Positions 10,121-19,723 of a stretch of DNA of 64,000 nt are shown here, piece after piece. This stretch comes from Lachnospiraceae bacterium UBA3762 (GTDB lineage: Bacteria; Bacillota; Clostridia; Lachnospirales; Lachnospiraceae), in the NCBI GenBank assembly GCA_002371615.1, contig DFGA01000033.1, positions 14,184 through 78,183 of the forward strand, read 5' to 3'. The first letter of the stretch is position 1. Every line of letters begins with the position of its first letter. The notes beneath the pieces are model-generated. The model was not told where the DNA came from. It worked only from the letters and a program-made list of their open reading frames with translations, and ran no database searches. A program made the position numbers and the translations under genes.

Positions 10121-11212
10121 ATGGCTAAGAAAGCATTGATTACCGGTGTGACCGGTCAGGACGGGTCTTATCTGGCGGAGTTCCTGCTTGATAAGGGATA
10201 TGAAGTATATGGGATGATCAGACGTTCATCGGTTGATTTTCGTGAAAGGATCGCGCATCTTGAAGGAAAGCCGCATTTCCACCTAAGGTACGGGGATCTT
10301 AGCGATTCAATGAGTATTGTTGCGGTTGTAGGATCTGTTAGGCCTGATGAGATATATAATCTTGCGGCACAGTCCCATGTGCAGGTAAGTTTCGATTCGC
10401 CGGAGTTTACGGCCGATATTGATGCAACGGGAGTGCTCCGCGTGCTGGAAGCTGTCAGGAACTGCGGTCTTGCCGATACTTGCAGGATCTATCAGGCATC
10501 TACTTCCGAATTGTACGGCAAGGTTGAAGAGGTTCCGCAAAATGAGGAGACACCTTTCCATCCGTACAGTCCGTATGCTGTTGCCAAGCAGTACGGATAC
10601 TGGATCGTAAGGGAGTACCGCGAGGCCTATAACATGTTCTGCTGCAGCGGTATACTGTTTAATCATGAATCGGAGAGGCGCGGAGAGACGTTTGTAACGC
10701 GTAAGATCACGTTGGCGGCGGCCCGTATAGCTCAGGGCAAACAGGATAAACTGTACCTCGGAAACCTGTCTTCGCTTCGTGACTGGGGATACGCCAAAGA
10801 TTATGTTGAATGTATGTGGCTGATATTGCAGCAGGACAAGCCGGAAGACTTCGTTATCGCATCGGGTGTACAGCATTCGGTTCGGGAGTTTTGTGAACTT
10901 GCATTCCGTTATGCCGGCATCGAACTTGAGTTTACCGGCGAAGGAATGGATGAAAAGGGTATTGATAAAGCTACCGGCAAGGTAGTTGTTGAAGTATCTC
11001 CTGATTTCTACAGACCGACGGATGTTGTCAATCTGTTCGGCGATCCTGCAAAGGCCAGGAAAAAGCTGGGGTGGAATCCTCAGTCCACAACATTTGAGGA
11101 ACTTGTGAAGATCATGGTAGATCACGATATGGCAAAGGTAGCAGTTGAACGTGCTGAAGAACATATAAGACTGAATCTTGAAGAATACCTGGAAAAGGGT
11201 GTGGTTAAATGA
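10121..11212 (+). CDS. gmd: GDP-mannose 4,6-dehydratase
   Basis: [19 protein letters not shown]...[13 protein letters not shown]...[10 protein letters not shown]...FNHESERRG is the Gmd signature throughout. Confidence 0.95.
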   Translation: MAKKALITGVTGQDGSYLAEFLLDKGYEVYGMIRRSSVDFRERIAHLEGKPHFHLRYGDLSDSMSIVAVVGSVRPDEIYNLAAQSHVQVSFDSPEFTADIDATGVLRVLEAVRNCGLADTCRIYQASTSELYGKVEEVPQNEETPFHPYSPYAVAKQYGYWIVREYREAYNMFCCSGILFNHESERRGETFVTRKITLAAARIAQGKQDKLYLGNLSSLRDWGYAKDYVECMWLILQQDKPEDFVIASGVQHSVREFCELAFRYAGIELEFTGEGMDEKGIDKATGKVVVEVSPDFYRPTDVVNLFGDPAKARKKLGWNPQSTTFEELVKIMVDHDMAKVAVERAEEHIRLNLEEYLEKGVVK

Positions 11213-12153
11213 TGGAAAAAAATGCAAAGATATACGTTGCGGGTCACCGCGGAATGGTTGGCTCTGCGATCGTAAGAGAACTGGAAAAACAGGGATATAC
11301 CAATATTATAACAAGGACACATAAGGAACTGGATCTGTGTGACCAGAGAGCAGTTGAGAAGTTCTTTGAGGAAGAGAAGCCGGAGTATGTGTTCCTTGCC
11401 GCGGCAAAGGTAGGAGGGATCGCAGCTAACAATGAAGCTCTCGCGGATTTTATGTATGAAAACATGATCCTTGAGATGAACGTGATCCATTCTGCTTGGC
11501 AGAACGGATGCAAGAAGCTGGAATTCCTGGGAAGTTCGTGCATATATCCCCGAATGGCTCCGCAGCCGATGAAGGAGTCCTGCCTTCTTACGAGCGAGCT
11601 TGAGAAGACTAATGAGGCATATGCCCTTGCCAAGATATCGGGACTTAAATACTGTGAATTCCTAAACCGCCAGTACGGAACCGATTATATAAGTGTCATG
11701 CCCACCAATCTGTACGGACCGAATGATAATTATCACCCGAGACATTCCCATGTACTGCCTGCACTCATCAGAAGGTTCCATGAGGCCAAAGAGCAGGGGC
11801 TTTCGGAAGTTACATGCTGGGGAGACGGTTCACCGCTGCGGGAGTTCCTGTATGTTGATGATCTGGCGAATCTGTGCGTATTCCTGATGAACAATTACAG
11901 CGGCAACGAGACCGTAAACGCCGGTACAGGCAAAGAGATCACCATCAAGGCACTTACAGAACTTGTTGCCAGGGTGATTGGTTATACGGGAGAGATCAAG
12001 TGGGATACTTCGATGCCGAACGGCACACCGAGAAAGCTTCTTGATGTTTCAAAGGCGGCCTCACTTGGATGGACATACAAGACGGAGCTTGAGGACGGAA
12101 TAAGACTTAGTTACGAAGATTTCCTTAATAATCCTGTAAGGGCGGAGAGATAG
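11209..12153 (+). CDS. fcl: GDP-L-fucose synthase (GDP-4-keto-6-deoxymannose 3,5-epimerase/4-reductase)
   Basis: [14 protein letters not shown]...LAAAKVGGI...LGSSCIYP...YALAKI...[10 protein letters not shown]. Its start overlaps the gmd stop. Confidence 0.95.
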   Translation: MMEKNAKIYVAGHRGMVGSAIVRELEKQGYTNIITRTHKELDLCDQRAVEKFFEEEKPEYVFLAAAKVGGIAANNEALADFMYENMILEMNVIHSAWQNGCKKLEFLGSSCIYPRMAPQPMKESCLLTSELEKTNEAYALAKISGLKYCEFLNRQYGTDYISVMPTNLYGPNDNYHPRHSHVLPALIRRFHEAKEQGLSEVTCWGDGSPLREFLYVDDLANLCVFLMNNYSGNETVNAGTGKEITIKALTELVARVIGYTGEIKWDTSMPNGTPRKLLDVSKAASLGWTYKTELEDGIRLSYEDFLNNPVRAER

Positions 12154-13515
12154 ATGAATATTATCCTGCTTTCAGGCGGCTCGGGAAAACGATTGTGGCC
12201 GCTATCAAACGATATCAGATCAAAACAGTTTATTAAAATATTCAGAAAAGACGACGGAACGTACGAGTCTATGGTACAGCGTATGTACCGCATGATCAGG
12301 ACGATTGATCCCGATGCGGCGGTAACTATCGCAACGAGCAAGACACAGGTGTCCGCAATCAACAACCAGCTCGGAGAGGATGTCGGGGTATCGATAGAAC
12401 CTTGCAGGAGAGATACATTTCCTGCGATAGCTTTGGCTACGGCTTATCTTGCTGATGTAATGCATGTGCCGACTGATGAGGCTGTTGTTGTCTGCCCTGT
12501 AGACCCGTATGTTGAAGAGGATTATTTTGCCGCCCTCAAAACGCTGTGCGAGCGTGCAGCATCCGGCAGCGCCAATCTTGTCCTTATGGGCATGGAACCG
12601 ACATATCCCAGCGAGAAGTATGGATATATAATGTCGGATATTTGCGAAGCAAATGTTCGACACGGCGACGCCACCGAAGGTGGTGTTGGGAACACGGCGA
12701 GTAACTTATTTGCCCCGGTGCTCAGCTTCAAAGAAAAACCCGACCTCGAAACAGCCAAATCCTACCTCGCCCAGGGAGCACTCTGGAACGGCGGTGTATT
12801 TGCATATAAACTGTCCTATGTGCTGGATAAAGCACATGAACTGATTGATTTTACGGATTACAACGATCTGTTTGCCAAATACGAGACACTGACCAGGATC
12901 TCTTTTGACTATGCGGTCGTTGAGAAGGAATCAAGTATCGAAGTTATGCGATTTTCCGGCCTGTGGAAAGATCTCGGAACGTGGAATACGCTTACCGAGG
13001 CGATGGAAGAGCCGGTTATCGGAGAGGCGGTCCTTAACGATAAATGCGAGGACGTTCATGTGATCAATGAACTTAATGTTCCGGTTCTTGCGATGGGGAT
13101 CAAAAATGCTGTTATATGTGCATCCGCACAGGGAATACTCGTATCCGACAAGGAACAGTCAAGCTATATCAAGCCTTTTGTTGATAAGATCGATGACAGG
13201 ATAATGTTCTCGGAGAAGAGCTGGGGAAGCTACCGTGTCATTGCAGTCGAAGAGGGCAGCATGACGGTTATGGTCACACTTAATCCCGGGCATGGAATGC
13301 ATTATCATTCCCATAAGTTAAGAGATGAGGTCTGGACAGTGATCTCGGGAACGGGAACAGCGCTTATTGACGATGAAACCATACCTGTCAGGCCGGGGGA
13401 TGTACTTACCATGAAAGCAGGACAAAAGCATAAGGTGGAGGCCGAAACCGAGCTTAAGATCATAGAAGTTCAGATCGGCGATGAGATAAGTGTTCAGGAT
13501 AAAGAAAAGTATTAA
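12154..13515 (+). CDS. manC: Mannose-1-phosphate guanylyltransferase with a C-terminal cupin domain
   Basis: MNIILLSGGSGKRLWPLS, plus a C-terminal cupin (HYHSHKLRDEVWTVISG). It starts immediately after the fcl stop. Confidence 0.9.
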   Translation: MNIILLSGGSGKRLWPLSNDIRSKQFIKIFRKDDGTYESMVQRMYRMIRTIDPDAAVTIATSKTQVSAINNQLGEDVGVSIEPCRRDTFPAIALATAYLADVMHVPTDEAVVVCPVDPYVEEDYFAALKTLCERAASGSANLVLMGMEPTYPSEKYGYIMSDICEANVRHGDATEGGVGNTASNLFAPVLSFKEKPDLETAKSYLAQGALWNGGVFAYKLSYVLDKAHELIDFTDYNDLFAKYETLTRISFDYAVVEKESSIEVMRFSGLWKDLGTWNTLTEAMEEPVIGEAVLNDKCEDVHVINELNVPVLAMGIKNAVICASAQGILVSDKEQSSYIKPFVDKIDDRIMFSEKSWGSYRVIAVEEGSMTVMVTLNPGHGMHYHSHKLRDEVWTVISGTGTALIDDETIPVRPGDVLTMKAGQKHKVEAETELKIIEVQIGDEISVQDKEKY

Positions 13516-15676
13516 GGAAAACTTCAGCTTTATACAACTCTTAGCAGGCTGCCTTGTTACAGCCTGCCTTATTATTGTCTCAATACATCTCATTGGGCTT
13601 GTTAAAGATGCAAGATCATATAATATTGATTTTCGGGCGATAAAGGAAGTTGTAGATGATGACGGTACCGGCCATCTGCTCCTTCGAGGCCTGTCACTTC
13701 GAAAGGGGAAGTATGAAATATCAATAGGATACGTGGCCGATTCTGATGCCACAATTGAGATATCCCTTGATAATGATACGTTTCTTACGGACAAAATGCC
13801 TGCAACATTTGATGATTCCCTTGTCCGCAATTATCCCTTTGAACTTCGGAGCGGAACAGACCGGGGAAGGATCGATTTTACTTATACGCCGGGAAGCAGG
13901 CTAAATCTCGCATTTATTACCATTAACTCGGATAAACCTATGTATGAAGACGGTTTGATATTCGGGATCTTACTTCTGATACTGATACCGGTATTCTGGC
14001 TGGGGATGTTTTTCTACAACAGGAGTACGCATAAAACCTCTCTTATAGTGGCCGTAGTTATGGTGATAATACAGATCCTTCCATTTGTATTGAAAACAGG
14101 TCTTAATCTCGGCATTGACCTTCGGGCACATATGATGAGGATAGAAGGTATCTACTATGGTCTTCTGGACGGTCAGTTTCCGGTTGTTATATATCCTGAG
14201 TGGAACAACTCATACGGTCAGATAGGCGTGCTGTATCCAAATGTTTTTTTGTATGTTCCTGCCGTATTTCGCCTTCTTGGAATGTCCCAGCTTGGAGCAT
14301 GTAAACTGTTTCTGTATATGCTTATCTGTACATCGGCTGTTATAGCTCTTGCAAGTGCGCGGACAATATTTAAAAAAGAATGGCAGATGTGTCTCGCAAT
14401 AGTGGTAATATGTCTTGATAATATGCGGCTATTTGACATGCTTGGAGATGGCCGTATAGGAGGTGCACTTCTTGCTGAATTGTTTTATCCGCTTGTCTTG
14501 GCTGGTCTGATTGAGCTGTTCTACCAAAACAGTAGAAAGTGGTATCTTCTGGCATATGGTGTTGCCGGAGCCTTCTGCAGCCATATAGTTTCCGCAACGA
14601 TAGTATGTATTGGTGTACTGATTTTTGCCTTGATTTCCATTAAACGCTTTAAAGATACTTCTATATATTCTTATATAGGAACGACGATACTGTTGTTTTT
14701 GGGGTTGACCTTCGGAACCTCAATATGCTTTATTAAATTCTATTTTTCGGACTGGGGACAGGACAAACTTCAGTGGGAGGATTTTACGGGAACCTTATGG
14801 CCGCGGGGATTGGTATATGATGATAAAAAATGGATGTTTATTCTCGCTCTTATTTTCATCTGTTTTCTATCAATGACAATTGTGATAGTACGTGGACGTT
14901 TCTCTAACATAAAGGATACTTTTGTCATTCCGGCTTTTGTGTGTGGTGTTATCCTGTTCTGGATGTCTACCAGGGCATTTCCATGGCCGATCCTGAGGAA
15001 GATCCCCGCAATCGAGTATTATACAAACATGCTTCAGGATTCGTTCAGGTTCCTGTCATTTGCAGATGTGTTTCTGATCTTTTGTGCCTGCAGACTGCTT
15101 GATGAAGTTGTGCTCTCCGTTGACAACAGGCAGTCATATAAAAGCAAGACACTTGTATCGTCTGCAATTGTTATAGTGTTTCTCTGTATGTTTAATTTCA
15201 TTCAGATTAACATGGAGTATTATAACACTAAGCAAACATTGTACTATGATTCCGTTATAGGTGAGATTGAGTATGAGATGGAAGATTATTTACCGGCGGG
15301 GACTGTTTCGCAATGGTATAAAAATGATACGGGGTATATTTCCGACGAGGAAGCGGTTTCCTCTCTTGCATATATACGTGAAGGTACTTACATTTATTAT
15401 GCTTACACAAACAGTCGCGTTGGTGCATATGTGGAGTTTCCGAAATTCTATTATGATGGATATATTGCCGAAGACGAAATGGCTGATGCTATTCCCGTGT
15501 ACAAAGGCGATCATAACCGTATCCGGGTATATTTAAAGAATACAGATACACCTTCTATCGTCAGATTGTGGTATTATGTACCTTGGTACATGACTTTTGC
15601 ATGTTCGGTCTCTTTCGGATTATGGATTGGATCGCTTTTAATTGTTGCGGTAAGAGTCTACAAAAGGATAGATTGA
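13490..15676 (+). CDS. Large polytopic membrane protein, GT-C-like; paralogue of 48096..49913
   Basis: 728 aa. GIDLRAHMMRIEGIYYGLLDGQFPVVIYPEWNNSYGQIGVLYPNVFLYVPAVF aligns by eye with the N-terminal loop of the 48096 protein. GTG start. Confidence 0.6.
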   Translation: MFRIKKSIKENFSFIQLLAGCLVTACLIIVSIHLIGLVKDARSYNIDFRAIKEVVDDDGTGHLLLRGLSLRKGKYEISIGYVADSDATIEISLDNDTFLTDKMPATFDDSLVRNYPFELRSGTDRGRIDFTYTPGSRLNLAFITINSDKPMYEDGLIFGILLLILIPVFWLGMFFYNRSTHKTSLIVAVVMVIIQILPFVLKTGLNLGIDLRAHMMRIEGIYYGLLDGQFPVVIYPEWNNSYGQIGVLYPNVFLYVPAVFRLLGMSQLGACKLFLYMLICTSAVIALASARTIFKKEWQMCLAIVVICLDNMRLFDMLGDGRIGGALLAELFYPLVLAGLIELFYQNSRKWYLLAYGVAGAFCSHIVSATIVCIGVLIFALISIKRFKDTSIYSYIGTTILLFLGLTFGTSICFIKFYFSDWGQDKLQWEDFTGTLWPRGLVYDDKKWMFILALIFICFLSMTIVIVRGRFSNIKDTFVIPAFVCGVILFWMSTRAFPWPILRKIPAIEYYTNMLQDSFRFLSFADVFLIFCACRLLDEVVLSVDNRQSYKSKTLVSSAIVIVFLCMFNFIQINMEYYNTKQTLYYDSVIGEIEYEMEDYLPAGTVSQWYKNDTGYISDEEAVSSLAYIREGTYIYYAYTNSRVGAYVEFPKFYYDGYIAEDEMADAIPVYKGDHNRIRVYLKNTDTPSIVRLWYYVPWYMTFACSVSFGLWIGSLLIVAVRVYKRID

Positions 15677-15718
15677 GAATTTTCTGTGGGTCGGATAAAT
15701 GAATCTAAGGAGAAAAGC

Positions 15719-16498
15719 ATGAAGGTAGTAATACTTGCCGGAGGATACGGCACCAGGATCAGTGAAGAAAGCCATCTTCGGCCCAAGCCGATGATCGAGA
15801 TCGGTGAAAAACCCATACTATGGCACATCATGAAGGGCTACAGTGCAAGGGGATATAATGATTTTATCATCTGCTGCGGATACAAGCAGCACATGATAAA
15901 GGAGTGGTTTGCTGATTACTATCTGTACAACAGTGACGTAACCTTTGATTTTACGAGAGAAAATCATATGACCGTCCATAACAATGAATCCGAGCCGTGG
16001 AAGGTTACGCTTGTCGATACGGGAATAGATACGATGACGGGTGGACGCATCAAGCGTGTTCAGAAATATGTCGGAGATGAGACTTTCATGATGACATACG
16101 GTGATGCGGTTTCCGATGTTGATCCCAATGAGGTTCTTGCATATCACAGGAAACACGGGAAGCTGGCAACAGTAACAGCGATCGCGGTTGACCAGAGATT
16201 CGGCGTTCTTGATATGGATGAGGATGATCATATCACTTCCTTCCGCGAGAAGGACAAATCCGACAATGCACGGGTCAGCGGAGGCTTTATGGTGCTTGAG
16301 CCTCAGGTGTTCGATTATATCGAAGGAGATAAGACAGTATTCGAAAAAGGCCCGATGATGCAGCTTGCCAGTGAGGGAAACCTTATGGGGTTCTGCTATG
16401 ACGGTTTCTGGCAGTGCATGGACACCAAACGGGAACACGACATGCTTGAAGAAATGTGGGATTCAGGCAGGGCATTATGGAAAACGTGGGAAGGATAA
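15719..16498 (+). CDS. rfbF: Glucose-1-phosphate cytidylyltransferase
   Basis: MKVVILAGGYGTRISEESHLRPKPMIEIGEKPILWHIM...GGRIKR. The ATG at 15719 follows AAGGAG. Confidence 0.9.
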   Translation: MKVVILAGGYGTRISEESHLRPKPMIEIGEKPILWHIMKGYSARGYNDFIICCGYKQHMIKEWFADYYLYNSDVTFDFTRENHMTVHNNESEPWKVTLVDTGIDTMTGGRIKRVQKYVGDETFMMTYGDAVSDVDPNEVLAYHRKHGKLATVTAIAVDQRFGVLDMDEDDHITSFREKDKSDNARVSGGFMVLEPQVFDYIEGDKTVFEKGPMMQLASEGNLMGFCYDGFWQCMDTKREHDMLEEMWDSGRALWKTWEG

Positions 16499-17427
16499 TA
16501 ATCACAGGAGCCACCGGAACCATCGGAATGGCTCTCATTAATAAATGTACAGAGTCGAAGATTGAAGCCATAGCGCTTGTTAATCCTGAAAGTAACCGCT
16601 TAGATCACATTCCGAAAGATCCGCTTGTTAAGGTTGTTAAATGCGGTCTTGCAGATCTGTCCATGGCAACTGCAGGCAGCCTCGGAATCGGTGAGACAGA
16701 GTCCGGAATCGGGATATATGCTGATGCTCTTATACATCTTGCATGGGGCGGAACATTCGGGGATTCGCGCAACAACAGGGAATTACAGGATAAGAATGCT
16801 TCATATGCACTTGATGCGGTGCGCCTGGCAAAGCGTCTTGGCTGCCCGGTATTTGTCGGAGCCGGCTCGCAGGCTGAATACGGAAGGGTATCGGGAGTAC
16901 TTACACCGGATACACCGTGTAATCCTGAAAACGAGTACGGAAAGGCAAAGCTTCGAGCATCGGAAGAAACCCGCAAGTTGTGCGGTGAACTTGGCATAAG
17001 GCATATCTGGACACGGATCCTCAGCATATACGGTCCCTATGATGGTGAGAAGACAATGGTTATGTCCGTGATAAGAAAGCTTCTGGCCGGCGAAAAACCC
17101 GCACTTACTGCCGGAGAGCAGATGTGGGATTACCTGTATTCGGACGATGCGGCTGATGCGCTTCTGTTACTGGCAAAACAGGGCAGAGACGGGCACATTT
17201 ATCCGATAGGATCCGGAATTGCCAGGCCGCTACGGGAATATATAGAGATAATTAGGGACGAGATAGACCCTGCATTGCCTCTGGGCTTTGGAGAAGTTCC
17301 GTATTCCGATAAACAGGTCATGCACTTGTGCGCGGATATTTCGGCACTTCGTGCGGATACCGGATTTGAGCCTGAAGTTGACTTCCGGGAAGGCATACGT
17401 CGTACGATTGAGTACTGTCGTACCTGA
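16477..17427 (+). CDS. NAD(P)-dependent SDR epimerase/reductase (CDP-paratose/abequose synthase-like)
   Basis: IIITGATGTIGMAL (Rossmann fold) and YGKAKL (YxxxK). It lies between rfbF and rfbH. The exact activity cannot be determined from sequence. Confidence 0.65.
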   Translation: MENVGRIIITGATGTIGMALINKCTESKIEAIALVNPESNRLDHIPKDPLVKVVKCGLADLSMATAGSLGIGETESGIGIYADALIHLAWGGTFGDSRNNRELQDKNASYALDAVRLAKRLGCPVFVGAGSQAEYGRVSGVLTPDTPCNPENEYGKAKLRASEETRKLCGELGIRHIWTRILSIYGPYDGEKTMVMSVIRKLLAGEKPALTAGEQMWDYLYSDDAADALLLLAKQGRDGHIYPIGSGIARPLREYIEIIRDEIDPALPLGFGEVPYSDKQVMHLCADISALRADTGFEPEVDFREGIRRTIEYCRT

Positions 17428-17514
17428 TTTTTGTATGCAATTTGTTTGTAAAATGATCAAATGAGTACAAAATAGTTGTAAAAGTGTGCGGAAAAAGAGG
17501 GAAAGAGACAATAA

Positions 17515-18897
17515 ATGTACGAAAACATGAATGAGGAAGAAGCAAGACGGCAGATACTTGATGCCGTCGGCGAATATTGCGACAGATTCCATAATGCGAA
17601 CAAGGAGTTTGAGCCGGGAGACAGGATAACGTATGCGTCGCGTGTATATGACAGAGAAGAGATGACTAATCTTGTGGATTCGGCGCTTGAGTTCTGGCTG
17701 ACAGCTGGTCGTTATACCGAACAGTTCGAACGATCATTTGCCGCCTATCTTGGCGTAAGATTTTGTTCTCTTGTGAATTCGGGATCCAGTGCCAATCTTC
17801 TTGCTTTTATGACGCTTACATCGCCGCTGCTAGATGAGAAGACGAAAAATGACGGTAAGAAGCGTGTTCTCCCCGGTGACGAGATCATAACTGTTGCAGC
17901 GGGCTTTCCCACAACGGTTGCGCCGATCATTCAGTATGGGGCTGTGCCGATATTTGTTGATGTAACGATCCCTGAATACAACATAGATGTAACTAAACTT
18001 GAAGATGCCCTCTCTGACAGGACAAGAGCTGTAATGGTAGCCCATACACTGGGGAATCCCTTTGACCTGAGGGCGGTAAAGGAGTTCTGCAACAGGCACG
18101 GCCTGTGGCTTATAGAAGATAACTGCGATGCCCTCGGAAGCCGTTATGAAATGGATGACGGATGGCATTTTACCGGCACTGTGGGTGATATAGGAACTTC
18201 AAGCTTCTATCCTCCGCACCATATGACGATGGGCGAAGGCGGCGCGGTATATACCGACGATCCGCTTCTTAACAAGATATGCCGGAGTCTTCGCGACTGG
18301 GGAAGGGACTGTGTATGCCCTTCGGGAAGGGATAACCTGTGCGGACATCGTTTTGACGGACAGTACGGCGAACTGCCCTTCGGATATGATCACAAGTATG
18401 TGTACTCACATTTCGGATATAATCTTAAGGCAACCGATATGCAGGCAGCTGTTGGTTGCGCACAGCTCGGGAAGTTCCCGGGCTTTGTAGAGAAGAGAAA
18501 GAAGAACTTTAAGCATCTGTATACCGGATTGAAGGAAAAAGCAGCGGCAAAAGGATTTGATATCGAGGATAAGCTTATACTCCCGAAGGCAAGTGAACAC
18601 TCTGATCCGAGCTGGTTCGGATTTATGATGACATGCCGGGAAGGGGTCGACAGAAAAGCGGTAGTTGAGAAGATCGAGAAGGCAGGAATACAGACAAGGG
18701 CTCTGTTTGCCGGAAATCTTACAAAGCATCCGTGTTTTGACGAGATGAGAAGGACCGGTAAGGGATTCAGGATCGTCGGAGATCTTCATAACACCGACAG
18801 GATAATGGAACGTTCATTCTGGATAGGCGTTTATCCGGGAATGACAGAGAAAATGCTTGATTATATGTGCGAGATTATCGTAGGGATTTTTGCTTAG
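17515..18897 (+). CDS. rfbH: CDP-6-deoxy-D-xylo-4-hexulose 3-dehydrase (E1; DegT/DnrJ/EryC1 family)
   Basis: ITYASRVYDREEMTNLVDSALEFWLTAGRY...NSGSSANL...FYPPHHMTMGEGG...DWGRDC is RfbH/DdhC-like along its length. Confidence 0.85.
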   Translation: MYENMNEEEARRQILDAVGEYCDRFHNANKEFEPGDRITYASRVYDREEMTNLVDSALEFWLTAGRYTEQFERSFAAYLGVRFCSLVNSGSSANLLAFMTLTSPLLDEKTKNDGKKRVLPGDEIITVAAGFPTTVAPIIQYGAVPIFVDVTIPEYNIDVTKLEDALSDRTRAVMVAHTLGNPFDLRAVKEFCNRHGLWLIEDNCDALGSRYEMDDGWHFTGTVGDIGTSSFYPPHHMTMGEGGAVYTDDPLLNKICRSLRDWGRDCVCPSGRDNLCGHRFDGQYGELPFGYDHKYVYSHFGYNLKATDMQAAVGCAQLGKFPGFVEKRKKNFKHLYTGLKEKAAAKGFDIEDKLILPKASEHSDPSWFGFMMTCREGVDRKAVVEKIEKAGIQTRALFAGNLTKHPCFDEMRRTGKGFRIVGDLHNTDRIMERSFWIGVYPGMTEKMLDYMCEIIVGIFA

Positions 18898-18900
18898 ACT

Positions 18901-19716
18901 ATGAAAATAGAATTGAAAGACAACAATAACTTAGAGGGTAGTGAGCTCCGTAATACTTCGGCAACAGATGATCTGGCAGATCTGATCAAGGATCAATCCC
19001 AAAATCAGGATACGAAGTTTTCCGAACTGCCTGCCAGGAAGAAGGCTGCGTATATATGGGATTACTATAAATGGTGGATACTGGGCGCTATAGCAGCGAT
19101 CATCGCCATAACAGTATTTATAAGGGATTACCGCGAGAATTCCAAGCCGACGTATCTGTATGCCGAAATGCTCAATACCTATTTCGGGTACGACAAGTCC
19201 AATACGCTTTACAATGATTTCGTTGCGGCTGAAGGTATCGATCTTACGAAAGAGCACCTTACGATCGGTATGGATACATCCCTTTCGACTGAGAATTATG
19301 ATACGACGATGCTGGCGTACCAGCAGAGGCTTGTGGCCAATTACACGGCCGGTGAACTTGATGTTGTCATCGGACCGAAAGGCATTATGGAAGGTCCGGC
19401 CAATTGTGATGACTATGCCGATTTTAATGCAATTATACCTGCGGATCTGAAAGAAGAACTGGAGGACCGCGGATACGAATTCTATTATTTTGATCCCGCA
19501 AAGGATGAGATAGAAGATTATGAGGGCGAGGATCTGACCCCTTACTGGGCGGGCATTTATCTTGATAACTGTCCGTATCTTAACAACATGGGAGAAGCCG
19601 GCGCATACCCGGAGCCGGAAACGGAAGATGACCGTGTGATTTTTACTATTGCAGCCAATTCAAAGAGAGTAGAAAATGCTATAGAGTTTTTGCGTTTTAT
19701 TACGTGTAACAGATGA
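18901..19716 (+). CDS. Hypothetical membrane-anchored protein (single TM, acidic extracytoplasmic domain)
   Basis: 271-aa ORF with one TM (WWILGAIAAIIAITVFI). No recognisable family. Confidence 0.45.
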   Translation: MKIELKDNNNLEGSELRNTSATDDLADLIKDQSQNQDTKFSELPARKKAAYIWDYYKWWILGAIAAIIAITVFIRDYRENSKPTYLYAEMLNTYFGYDKSNTLYNDFVAAEGIDLTKEHLTIGMDTSLSTENYDTTMLAYQQRLVANYTAGELDVVIGPKGIMEGPANCDDYADFNAIIPADLKEELEDRGYEFYYFDPAKDEIEDYEGEDLTPYWAGIYLDNCPYLNNMGEAGAYPEPETEDDRVIFTIAANSKRVENAIEFLRFITCNR

Positions 19717-19723
19717 GGAAAAT

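Noticed and set aside
10307-11227. 306-aa ORF on the minus strand
   Set aside because: It lies entirely antisense to gmd, whose + strand product is unmistakable. The minus-strand product has no recognisable motifs and a skewed, low-complexity composition.
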